Source: Patescibacteria group bacterium UBA1370 (GTDB lineage: Bacteria; Patescibacteriota; Microgenomatia; UBA1400; PJMF01). From it: a stretch of 53,098 nt of DNA. Below are positions 45,232 through 53,077 of the stretch, piece after piece. The DNA is taken from positions 1 through 53,098 of the forward strand of contig DBRK01000035.1 of NCBI GenBank assembly GCA_002306315.1, given 5' to 3'. The position numbers and the translations under genes were made by a program. The stretch's first letter is position 1. The number at the start of each line of letters is the position of its first letter. The notes under the pieces were generated by a model. That model saw only the letters and a list, made by a program, of their open reading frames with translations, was not told the origin of the DNA and searched no databases.

Positions 45232-45543
45232 ATGTACGCGATTATTTCGCTCGCCGGCAAACAATACCGGGTAGAAAAGGGCACAAAATTAACTGTTGAC
45301 CGCCTCAACGCTGAAGAGGGGAAAAACATCACAGTCAACGAAGTGCTTTTTGCCAGTGATGGCAAAAAAGTCAGCGTCGGCACCCCAGTGCTCGATAAAG
45401 CCAGTGTTATCCTAAAGGTACTGGAACACGGCCAAGACAAAAAAATCAGAGTTGCTACTTACAAAGCCAAGTCTCGATACCGGAAAGTCAAAGGCCACCG
45501 GCAGCAAATCACTTCCGTTGAGGTAACCGATATCAAAGCTTAA
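45232..45543 (+). CDS. rplU: 50S ribosomal protein L21
   Basis: MYAIISLAGKQYRVEKG start and KVLEHGQDKKIRVATYKAKSRYRKVKGHRQ. Confidence 0.9.
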   Translation: MYAIISLAGKQYRVEKGTKLTVDRLNAEEGKNITVNEVLFASDGKKVSVGTPVLDKASVILKVLEHGQDKKIRVATYKAKSRYRKVKGHRQQITSVEVTDIKA

Positions 45544-45567
45544 TGGCAACTAATTAATTAGACGGTT

Positions 45568-45584
45568 GTACGGCCAAGCCGTAC
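45568..45584 (+). other. 7-bp hairpin GTACGGC-caa-GCCGTAC between rplU and the next gene
   Basis: Perfect inverted repeat read directly, followed by GTTTAT and then ATG 45591. No clear U-run and no Shine-Dalgarno. Confidence 0.25.
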
Positions 45585-45590
45585 GTTTAT

Positions 45591-46766
45591 ATGCAACAAT
45601 ATTTTTTCCAACTCGGCAACACGCCGGAATTATCGCTGGCAGAGCTGCAGGTTGTCTTACCAGGCACTATTTTTTCTCAAGTCCATCCTGACCTGGCGAG
45701 TGCCAAATTGGATGACAATGTTGACGTTGCCAGCCTTATGGAAAAATTAGGTGGTACCGTCAAGATCATCAAGGTTCTGGCTAACAAGGAAGGGACAGCC
45801 AAAGAAAATCTGGAAGCTGTCCTGGCTCAAGTGTTGGCTGATACACACCCCCAGGAGGGCAAAATCCATTTCGCCCTGGCCGAGTTAGGCCGGGATCACC
45901 TGCCAATGCTGGATCCGACTGATGTCAAGAGAGCTCTGGTCGAAATGGGTTATGGAGCAAGATTTGTAGAAGGCTCCAGGCATGGTTTGTCAGCTTCGGT
46001 ATTGTTGCATAGCCAACGTGTCAGGGAGCTTTATGTAATCCAGACCAGCGAAAAGATCTTCCTCGGCGAAACCGCTGCTGTACAAAACATTGATGAATGG
46101 AGCCGCCGCGATCGCTCCAAACCATACGCTGACCGCAAAAAAGGCATGCTGCCACCCAAAGTAGCCCGGATGATGGTGAATATGGGTTTGGGTATGCTCC
46201 AACGGGAGCAGCAGACACAAATTCCACTCTTGCTCGATCCATTTTGTGGTTCCGGCACGATTGCTATGGAAGCGCTGTTGAGCGACTGCGATGTCATCGC
46301 TGGCGACCTCGATTCAGATGCCGTTCATGGCACCAGACAGAACCTGGATTGGCTAAACACAGTTCAACCCTTTGACGGCACCTACGCCGTGGTCCATCAG
46401 GATGCTACCTTGATCAAGATACCCAAAGACCGCAAGGTTAACTTATTAGTAACTGAGCCTTTTTTGGGCAAACCAAGACCAAACCCCGCAAAGTTGCCTT
46501 TTATTTTCAAAGGTTTGGAAAAATTGTACTTGGGCGCCTTCAAACACTGGACCAAAATTCTCAACCCCGGAGCCGCCGTTGTCATTGTTTTTCCGGTTGT
46601 AGAAACCAACAATAATGGCAAGCAAATCCGTTATGACTTGAGGAAATTGATTGACAAGATCAGCCATTTGGGCTACACTACTCATTCTGAACCCATCCTG
46701 TACCACCGGCCGCAAGCCGTGGTGCAGCGGGAAATACACGCGTTTATTTTTCAACCTGGTAAATAA
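45591..46766 (+). CDS. putative SAM-dependent RNA methyltransferase (Trm11/RlmL/UPF0020-like catalytic domain; N-terminal domain unassigned)
   Basis: Motif [18 protein letters not shown] and an acidic loop AGDLDSDAV. The motif IV position reads VTEPFLGK instead of (D/N)PP(Y/F). Confidence 0.6.
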   Translation: MQQYFFQLGNTPELSLAELQVVLPGTIFSQVHPDLASAKLDDNVDVASLMEKLGGTVKIIKVLANKEGTAKENLEAVLAQVLADTHPQEGKIHFALAELGRDHLPMLDPTDVKRALVEMGYGARFVEGSRHGLSASVLLHSQRVRELYVIQTSEKIFLGETAAVQNIDEWSRRDRSKPYADRKKGMLPPKVARMMVNMGLGMLQREQQTQIPLLLDPFCGSGTIAMEALLSDCDVIAGDLDSDAVHGTRQNLDWLNTVQPFDGTYAVVHQDATLIKIPKDRKVNLLVTEPFLGKPRPNPAKLPFIFKGLEKLYLGAFKHWTKILNPGAAVVIVFPVVETNNNGKQIRYDLRKLIDKISHLGYTTHSEPILYHRPQAVVQREIHAFIFQPGK

Positions 46767-46798
46767 AATCAGGTTGCCCAAAAACAAAGAAAGTAAAT

Positions 46799-47056
46799 AT
46801 GTCAAAAGTTAAAGCTTCAGGAAAAGTAGCTCAACACTCGCAGAAAAACCGTGGTGGCAAGCGCCTGGGTGTAAAAAAATTCGGCGGTGAATCAGTCATC
46901 CCCGGCAACATCATCGTTCGCCAGCGGGGAGCCAAATTCAAAGCCGGCGAAGGTGTTGGAATGGGCAAGGACCACACTATCTTTGCTCTGGTTAAAGGCT
47001 TTGTGAAATTTGGCCGTAAACATGGCAACACAGTTGTCAATGTTTCCACCAAGTAA
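46799..47056 (+). CDS. rpmA: 50S ribosomal protein L27
   Basis: [45 protein letters not shown]. Confidence 0.9.
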   Translation: MSKVKASGKVAQHSQKNRGGKRLGVKKFGGESVIPGNIIVRQRGAKFKAGEGVGMGKDHTIFALVKGFVKFGRKHGNTVVNVSTK

Positions 47057-47076
47057 GCAAAACACATTTGATCTTG

Positions 47077-47100
47077 ACAGCACCTCCGGGTGCTGTTTTT
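47077..47100 (+). terminator. rho-independent terminator after rpmA
   Basis: ACAGCACC-tccg-GGTGCTGT followed by TTTTT. Confidence 0.75.
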
Positions 47101-47119
47101 GATTCTCCTTTTTCAGGCC

Positions 47120-47138
47120 GTGAAAACTCGATTTCCAC
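47120..47138. repeat. near-palindrome GTGAAAA-ctcga-TTTcCAC (site D), 39 bp upstream of the parB ATG
   Basis: Read directly, with one mismatch to the TTTTCAC arm. The 10-mer CCGTGAAAAC (47118-47127) is identical to 41011-41020. Confidence 0.5.
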
Positions 47139-47158
47139 AGTACAAATGGTGGACATTT

Positions 47159-47167
47159 TGATATACT
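47159..47167 (+). promoter_or_regulatory. extended -10 TGaTATACT, 9 nt before ATG 47177
   Basis: Read directly. Confidence 0.4.
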
Positions 47168-47176
47168 GGGAAACAT

Positions 47177-48016
47177 ATGGCAGACTCACAAAGCATCCAA
47201 CTACTTGACGTAACTGTTCTACAACCAAATCCCTTCCAACCCCGCAACAAAATCATGAAAGAGGATCTGGAAGAATTGTCTGAGTCTATCAGACGCTATG
47301 GAATTCTCGAACCTTTGTTAATCGCTCACACCCCAGCCGGCTACCAAATAATCGCTGGAGAACGCCGCTGGCGTGCTGCTCAGCTTGCCGGTTTAACCGA
47401 AATACCCGCTATTATCCGCAAATGTTCGCCGCGGGAAATGCTGGAAATGGCGTTGATTGAAAATGTCCAGCGTGTCGATCTCAGCCCACTGGAACGCGCT
47501 CATTCCTTCCAACAACTGCACCGCGAATTTGGATTCAGCGTTTCGGAAATTGCCGACAAAATCAGCAAGTCGTCGGCTTTCGTCAGCAACACCATGCGCT
47601 TGCTGACCTTGCCGGATGCGATCAAAGACGGTTTGGTCGGCGGGTTAATCACCGAAGGCCACGCCCGGGCTCTGGCTGGTCTTGAAGATAAGCAGGCTAT
47701 GATTGAAGCTTACAAACAAATTCTCCGGGAAAATGCTTCAGTTAGAAGAGCAGAGATGATAGTCAGAAAGTTTAAACATGCGCTCGGCCAGAAAAGGACT
47801 GCAACCCAGCGCATGGTTTATCAGGCCGATGACAAAGAGATCAAGGCTTGGGAAGCACGCCTGAAAAAACTTATACAAGTGAGGACAAAAATCCGCCTCA
47901 GCCGCTCCGACCGCCAAACCAGAATTACCATCACCCTGCATGGCCGTCCGGAAGAAACCCAGTCAGACCTGGAAAAAATTATCCGCCTCACCGGTGGAAC
48001 GGCAACAATCAGCTAA
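47177..48016 (+). CDS. parB: chromosome partitioning protein ParB (Spo0J family)
   Basis: LQPNPFQPR box, the GERRWRAA arginine patch (CTP-binding motif) and an HTH region SVSEIADKISKSSAFVSNTMRLL. No parA is adjacent. Confidence 0.85.
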   Translation: MADSQSIQLLDVTVLQPNPFQPRNKIMKEDLEELSESIRRYGILEPLLIAHTPAGYQIIAGERRWRAAQLAGLTEIPAIIRKCSPREMLEMALIENVQRVDLSPLERAHSFQQLHREFGFSVSEIADKISKSSAFVSNTMRLLTLPDAIKDGLVGGLITEGHARALAGLEDKQAMIEAYKQILRENASVRRAEMIVRKFKHALGQKRTATQRMVYQADDKEIKAWEARLKKLIQVRTKIRLSRSDRQTRITITLHGRPEETQSDLEKIIRLTGGTATIS

Positions 48017-48027
48017 CGCCAGGAGGT

Positions 48028-48606
48028 TTATTGGTATCGAACGTGCTCAATCAAGCCGATTTTATCTGCCGGCCAGTAGCGGAAAAATGCCCTGCCGACA
48101 ATATCTGCAGCAATAATCGGCCCCCAAGCACGTGAATCGCTGGAATAAGGACGGTTATCACCAACCACAAAATATTCATTGTCGCCAAGGGTTACCTCCC
48201 GGTCGCGGGTAAAGGCGCCGGGTTGGGTTTCAAAATCTGCTGGAATGTAATTTTCGGCTAACGGCTGGCCGTTGATAATTATCGTATTATCCCTAACCTC
48301 TATAGTTTCACCGGGCAAACCAATTATCCGCTTAATAAAGTCGCAACCTGTGCCGGTGGGGCAGTTTGCTTCTCTGGGAGCATGAAAAACCACTACATCG
48401 CCACGCTCGGGTTTGCCAACCCGATAGCTGACCTTATCGGTCAAAACATACTCGCCGCTTTGAAATGTGGGTACCATTGATTGTCCATTCACCTGGTGAG
48501 GCTGCATCAAAAACAGATAGACAACCAAAAACAGTGACAAGCCGACAACCAGGGTTTCGGTTAAATCAAGAAAAAAACTGCTGAATGATCGAATGGCTTT
48601 GCGCAT
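48028..48606 (-). CDS. lepB: signal peptidase I
   Basis: N-terminal TM, a catalytic Ser box GQSMVPTF, VFHAP and GDNRPYSSDSR motifs. Confidence 0.85.
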   Translation of the reverse strand: MRKAIRSFSSFFLDLTETLVVGLSLFLVVYLFLMQPHQVNGQSMVPTFQSGEYVLTDKVSYRVGKPERGDVVVFHAPREANCPTGTGCDFIKRIIGLPGETIEVRDNTIIINGQPLAENYIPADFETQPGAFTRDREVTLGDNEYFVVGDNRPYSSDSRAWGPIIAADIVGRAFFRYWPADKIGLIEHVRYQ

Positions 48607-48614
48607 ACTTTAGC

Positions 48615-48620
48615 ATTATC
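48615..48620 (-). promoter_or_regulatory. -10-like GATAAT (minus strand), 8 nt before the lepB ATG
   Basis: The minus strand reads GATAAT-gctaaagt-ATG. Confidence 0.3.
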
Positions 48621-48666
48621 CACTTTCACCAATAGTGATTCAAGCGCAAACCGTCAAGAGTTAGGG

Positions 48667-48672
48667 TATACT
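48667..48672 (+). promoter_or_regulatory. -10 TATACT, 6 nt before ATG 48679 (leaderless geometry)
   Basis: TATACT-tgaagc-ATG read directly. Confidence 0.35.
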
Positions 48673-48678
48673 TGAAGC

Positions 48679-49899
48679 ATGGGATACACCAAAAGCGCCT
48701 TGTCAGGTTTCAGTTGGAACTCACTGCTCCGGCTGCTAACCATGGGCGTAGTTTTGTTTAAGATCTCAGTGCTGGCGCGGCTACTCAGCCCAGAAGATTT
48801 CGGCTTGTTTTCTTTGGTGATGATTGCTCTAGGAATTATTGAGGCTTCGACCGAAACCGGCGTCAACCTGACTATCATCAACTCCAAACAGTCGTTGAAT
48901 TATTTTCTGAATACAGCCTGGGTGATTGCCATCGTCCGTGGATTTTTAATAGGCATCCTAATGGTGGCCGTCGGGTTATTGATGAGTAATTATTTTGGGG
49001 AGCCGGAGTTGTCGTGGCTAGTGGCGTTAGCTGCTTTGGTACCGGTGATTAAAGGTTTTATTAATCCCGCCATCATCAGTCTCCAGAAGGAGCTACGATT
49101 TTTCCGCGACTCTCTCTATCGGTTTTCCCTAGTGGCAATTGAGGCGGGGATGGCCGTTATTTTCGGCATCTGGTTGCAATCAGTAGTTGCCCTGATACTA
49201 GGTCTGATAGCAGCAGCAATATTCGAGGTGGCAATCTCATTTTTCTTCTTCAAAGCTAAGCCTGCCTTCCAATACATACCCAGCCGCGCCAGGATAATAT
49301 TTGGTAATGCCAAAGGGCTGACGATTTCTGCGGCCTTATCTTATTTGCATGAAAATGTCGATGACTTTCTGCTGGGGAAGTTGGCTGGTACGCAAAACCT
49401 GGGTTTCTATCACAATGCTTACAGCCTGTCCCACAAAGCCAATTATGAACTCGCCAAAGCCGCTCAACATAGCACTATGCCCGTTTACTCCAAAATCAGT
49501 ACCGATGTTCAACGCCTCTTCAGAGCTTTTGTACGGTCGGTAGGAGCTACCGGAGTGTTAATAATTTTGGCCTCTATTCCGCTCTTTTTGTTCCCAGGTT
49601 TTTTTGTCGAACTGGTTTTAGGTGATCAGTGGCAGCCGGTAATTCCGCTAGTCCGCTGGCTACTGCTGGCTGGCGTTGTCCAGGGTGTTTCCATTATTTG
49701 TTACAATGCCCTCTATGTGCAACACAAATATATGTCTGTAAATTTGCACCTTTTTGCCACTGTGACACTGTTGATTTTGGGCTTAATTACCTTGACACCC
49801 CGCTTTGGAATTGAGGGCGGCGCTATGGCAGTTGCTGCTTCCAGAACCCTGACTTTTCCGTTATTAGCATTCGGCACAATTAGATCGCTTAGAAAATGA
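48679..49899 (+). CDS. Wzx-like oligosaccharide flippase (MOP superfamily polysaccharide biosynthesis protein)
   Basis: About 12 TM segments and an N-terminal pattern VLFKISVLARLLSPEDFGLF typical of Wzx-type proteins. Confidence 0.7.
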   Translation: MGYTKSALSGFSWNSLLRLLTMGVVLFKISVLARLLSPEDFGLFSLVMIALGIIEASTETGVNLTIINSKQSLNYFLNTAWVIAIVRGFLIGILMVAVGLLMSNYFGEPELSWLVALAALVPVIKGFINPAIISLQKELRFFRDSLYRFSLVAIEAGMAVIFGIWLQSVVALILGLIAAAIFEVAISFFFFKAKPAFQYIPSRARIIFGNAKGLTISAALSYLHENVDDFLLGKLAGTQNLGFYHNAYSLSHKANYELAKAAQHSTMPVYSKISTDVQRLFRAFVRSVGATGVLIILASIPLFLFPGFFVELVLGDQWQPVIPLVRWLLLAGVVQGVSIICYNALYVQHKYMSVNLHLFATVTLLILGLITLTPRFGIEGGAMAVAASRTLTFPLLAFGTIRSLRK

Positions 49900-50654
49900 C
49901 AAAACTTCCTCTCACAGTCATCATTCTTACCAATCGTAACGATCAGCGCTTCGTCAACGCTTTGCAGTCTGGCCAGTTTGCAGAAGAGGTGTTGGTGGTC
50001 GACAACCACAGCGGCAACGACTGGAAAAAACTAGCTAAGAAAAATCGCTTTCGATTGATTAAATACACGGAAAGAATTGAAAACTTCGCTCAAGTGCGCA
50101 ACTTCGCACTGGAGAAAGCTACTTATGAATGGGTGTTCTTTTTAGATAGTGATGAGATCATTCCCGCCTCAGAGCAGCCAGCTATACAACGAGCCATTAA
50201 AAATGGAAAACTTGATGGCGCGTTTGTCAAACGAACTGATGTTTTTATGGGCAAACAGTTGCGTTATGGTGAAGCTGGAAAACAACGAATTCTCAGGCTG
50301 TTTAGACGGGATCTCGGCCATTTTAATCGGGCAGTGCATGAGGTCGCCAAAGTAAACGGCAAGGTTGGCAATATTGATGTGACCATCATTCACCATGCCC
50401 ACGTTTCCATTTCCGAATTTATCTCCACCGTCAGCTGGTATGCTCAACAAATAGGCTTTAATCGCTCATTCTTGCCCCATGAAGTCTTGTTGGAACTGCT
50501 CATTTATCCACCCGGTAAATTTATTTTTAATTATTTTTTTACCCTGGGCTTTCTAGATGGCTGGCGAGGCTTGATTTATGCTTTGGTGATGAGTATGCAT
50601 TCTGCAGCAGTCAGGGTTTATGCCTATGAAAAAGAGTACGCAGAGACTCTTTGA
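49896..50654 (+). CDS. glycosyltransferase family 2 (small, with a C-terminal membrane-associated helix)
   Basis: LTVIILTNRNDQRF, VVDNHSGND and FLDSDE motifs. Confidence 0.65.
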   Translation: MTKLPLTVIILTNRNDQRFVNALQSGQFAEEVLVVDNHSGNDWKKLAKKNRFRLIKYTERIENFAQVRNFALEKATYEWVFFLDSDEIIPASEQPAIQRAIKNGKLDGAFVKRTDVFMGKQLRYGEAGKQRILRLFRRDLGHFNRAVHEVAKVNGKVGNIDVTIIHHAHVSISEFISTVSWYAQQIGFNRSFLPHEVLLELLIYPPGKFIFNYFFTLGFLDGWRGLIYALVMSMHSAAVRVYAYEKEYAETL

Positions 50655-51813
50655 GTTAATGTTTTTGGTCTTTGCAGCCAGTTTTGCCCTCGGTCATTTG
50701 CAGAGGGTAGAGCTGGGCAATCTTGGGTCAGTGTATTTTCATGATTTGGTGATCTTGGTCTGGTTGCTGGGGAGTATAACATTACTAGAAACCAGAATGA
50801 TTGTGGCTTCTGGAGTTAACAGTTTTTTCACCCGCCTCAAAGTTCATAAATTCTGGAAGCCATTAGTTTTTTTTGTCGGCTGGGCATTCCTCGGCATAGC
50901 AATCCATACTCTAACAGCTGGGGATATTCAGCCATGGCTGTATCTGTTCAGAATTGTCGTCTACATTGCGTTCGGATTAAGCACGGTGTGGTTATTGCCG
51001 GCAGGCGAACAAGTATATTTTTGGCTCTTTCCATCTGTTCTGATGACATTCTTGGCGCTGCTGCAATATATTTTTCTGCCTGATTTGCGGTTTTTGACAG
51101 TGCTGGGATGGGACGATCATTATTTTCGCCTGGCTGGAACACTTTTTGATCCCCAGTTTACCGGGATGATTATGGTGCTTATTGTTGCTTTTGCCCTGGC
51201 TTCACCGCCTAAAAAGGAATTCTTTTGGCTGCCCAAGCTGGCATTGATCCTAGCAATGCCGGCGATCATCCTTACTTATTCCCGATCCACCTATTTGGCA
51301 TTGTTAATATTGGTAACAATTGGTCTTCTTGGGCGGGGTATTAAACCGAAACATCTGCTGATCTTGGGAGTATTATTGTTTTTTGGTTTACAAATTTTTC
51401 TGCTTGCTCCCAAACCCGGCGGCTTGGGCGTCAACTTGCTGCGGACAGAGACTATTCAGGCACGAATCGAAAACAGCCAGCGCTCGTTAAGCACAATGCT
51501 GCCTCACCACTGGCTTATCGGCCGCGGGTTGTTTGCCCCTTTGCCCAACAGCGAACACTCGCAAGCAAAATTTCCTGATAATCTGTTGGTGATGATGCTG
51601 ACTGCTACCGGCATTCCCGGCTTGTTCGCCTTTTTCATCTTAGCGGTCAGAAGCGCTGGCTTATTGGCTGCAAAAAACAAGTGGCTGCTGGCTGCTTTTC
51701 TAGCACTGCTTACCCACAGCCAGTTCAACAACACCTTGTTGCAGCCATTTATCTTTCTCTTTTCAATTGGAGGATTTGCCTCACTTTTCTCTACAAAGAA
51801 AATTTCACACTGA
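50626..51813 (+). CDS. O-antigen ligase/polymerase-like (Wzy_C) membrane protein
   Basis: Polytopic, with the Wzy_C-like segment ILTYSRSTYLALLILVTIGLL. ATG 50626 is preferred; the track start at 50620 is also ATG. Confidence 0.6.
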   Translation: MKKSTQRLFELMFLVFAASFALGHLQRVELGNLGSVYFHDLVILVWLLGSITLLETRMIVASGVNSFFTRLKVHKFWKPLVFFVGWAFLGIAIHTLTAGDIQPWLYLFRIVVYIAFGLSTVWLLPAGEQVYFWLFPSVLMTFLALLQYIFLPDLRFLTVLGWDDHYFRLAGTLFDPQFTGMIMVLIVAFALASPPKKEFFWLPKLALILAMPAIILTYSRSTYLALLILVTIGLLGRGIKPKHLLILGVLLFFGLQIFLLAPKPGGLGVNLLRTETIQARIENSQRSLSTMLPHHWLIGRGLFAPLPNSEHSQAKFPDNLLVMMLTATGIPGLFAFFILAVRSAGLLAAKNKWLLAAFLALLTHSQFNNTLLQPFIFLFSIGGFASLFSTKKISH

Positions 51814-52507
51814 GAGCAGCCTCGCCAGTATTGCCGGCTTTGTCTTCAGCCTTGATCTTGATTTCATTATTACCCTCTTTGAGCATCATGGTGTAGCGGA
51901 AGTTGCCCTCTGAGTCAGGCAAAACCAAGCGGTCATTGATAAAAACCCGGCTGCCAACCTCGGTGTTGCCTTTTATCTCCAAATTCTGATTTGCCCGAGA
52001 CACAATTTCCGCTCCGTCTTGTGGTGAATCAACTACGATGAGAGGCGCTTGCTTATCCAGAGTCACAATATACGATCGGGTCACAGCTGACTCATTGTCG
52101 GCTTTATCCTTAGCATAGGCAGCGATAATGTTTTCACCTTCCTCAAGAGTAATGTCAACTGTGAAAGTTCCGTCCTCAGTAACCACAGTCCTAGCATACT
52201 CCGGACCGTTTAACATGATGACGATTTCACTCTCCGGCTCGCCAAAACCGTTAAGGCTCAGCTTGGACTCCGACACCGCATCAGCAGGAGGATTGAATAC
52301 CGGTATCTGCGGCGGAATGGTATCAGAAGTTTCAAACGGATTTGAATTATCCAAGAATGAGTCCACCAAACGGATGAATCCGGGCAAAATCAAAAACACA
52401 AAGACCAGCGTCACCACCACCGCCAGCCCGCCAAATAATATCGTCTGGCGCATCAAGCGCTCTTTTTCTTTTCTAACGACTCGAGATTTTGCTCTGCGTG
52501 CACTCAT
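51791..52507 (-). CDS. membrane-anchored protein with two tandem Ig-like/beta-sandwich repeats
   Basis: Basic N-terminus plus a TM (ILFGGLAVVVTLVFVFLILPGF). Two internal repeats share the pattern V.I..NG....V..DG.F.....L.EG.N.I...A.DKA.N. The 3' end overlaps the convergent upstream gene by 23 nt. Confidence 0.5.
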   Translation of the reverse strand: MSARRAKSRVVRKEKERLMRQTILFGGLAVVVTLVFVFLILPGFIRLVDSFLDNSNPFETSDTIPPQIPVFNPPADAVSESKLSLNGFGEPESEIVIMLNGPEYARTVVTEDGTFTVDITLEEGENIIAAYAKDKADNESAVTRSYIVTLDKQAPLIVVDSPQDGAEIVSRANQNLEIKGNTEVGSRVFINDRLVLPDSEGNFRYTMMLKEGNNEIKIKAEDKAGNTGEAALSVKFSL

Positions 52508-52513
52508 ATATTT

Positions 52514-52522
52514 AGTATATCA
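52514..52522 (-). promoter_or_regulatory. extended -10 TGaTATACT (minus strand), 6 nt before ATG at 52507 (leaderless geometry)
   Basis: The minus strand reads TGATATACT-aaatat-ATG, the same 9-mer as the parB element. Confidence 0.4.
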
Positions 52523-52544
52523 AGAAAGTTGCCTGTTTGTAGTT

Positions 52545-52620
52545 TGGAGCCGGGAAGGGGACTCGAACCCCTGACCTACGGTTTACGATACCGCCGCTCT
52601 ACCAACTGAGCTATCCCGGC
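52545..52620 (-). tRNA. tRNA-Thr (anticodon CGT), CCA encoded
   Basis: The reverse complement folds as a cloverleaf. Acceptor stem GCCGGGA/TCCCGGC, D stem GCTC/GAGC, anticodon stem GCGGT/ACCGT with loop AT-CGT-AA, T stem AGGGG/CCCCT with loop TTCGAGT, discriminator T, then CCA. Total 76 nt. Confidence 0.9.
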
Positions 52621-52633
52621 TTGCAGAGTATTA

Positions 52634-53077
52634 TTATACTATCTTCAGGATATTATCCGCCCATTCCGCTGCTCCAGCCAAAGTGTTTTCATCTGGATAG
52701 CCATCAATTCTATGAATTTCCCCGATAATCACTGCATCCATCTCTTTGAGCAGTTCAGCGCTGATTTCGCCGCTTTTGGAAAAGTTGGGATAAAGCGAGT
52801 CACCGAGTGAAAAAATTGCAAATCTAGTCTGGCCGCAATTATGACCTATCCGCTGGGCTGCTTGGAAAAACATCTCCGAGATAGGATTAAGATCGCCGTC
52901 TCCATAAGTAGAGCCGCCTAAAAAAACCAAGTCATAGCATTTGAGGGTATCGGCTATGGCTCCAGCCAGATCAATCGAATCTACCTGGTGACATTGCTGC
53001 CTCAAGTGTTCGGCAAGATAATTGGCAACAACACTGGTGTTTCCGGAAAGGGTGGCAAAGGCAACGGCGATGTTCAT
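52634..53077 (-). CDS. flavodoxin (short-chain type)
   Basis: MNIAVAFATLSGNTSVVANYL (FMN phosphate loop S/T-x-T/S-G-N-T) and GGSTYGDGDL. Confidence 0.75.
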   Translation of the reverse strand: MNIAVAFATLSGNTSVVANYLAEHLRQQCHQVDSIDLAGAIADTLKCYDLVFLGGSTYGDGDLNPISEMFFQAAQRIGHNCGQTRFAIFSLGDSLYPNFSKSGEISAELLKEMDAVIIGEIHRIDGYPDENTLAGAAEWADNILKIV

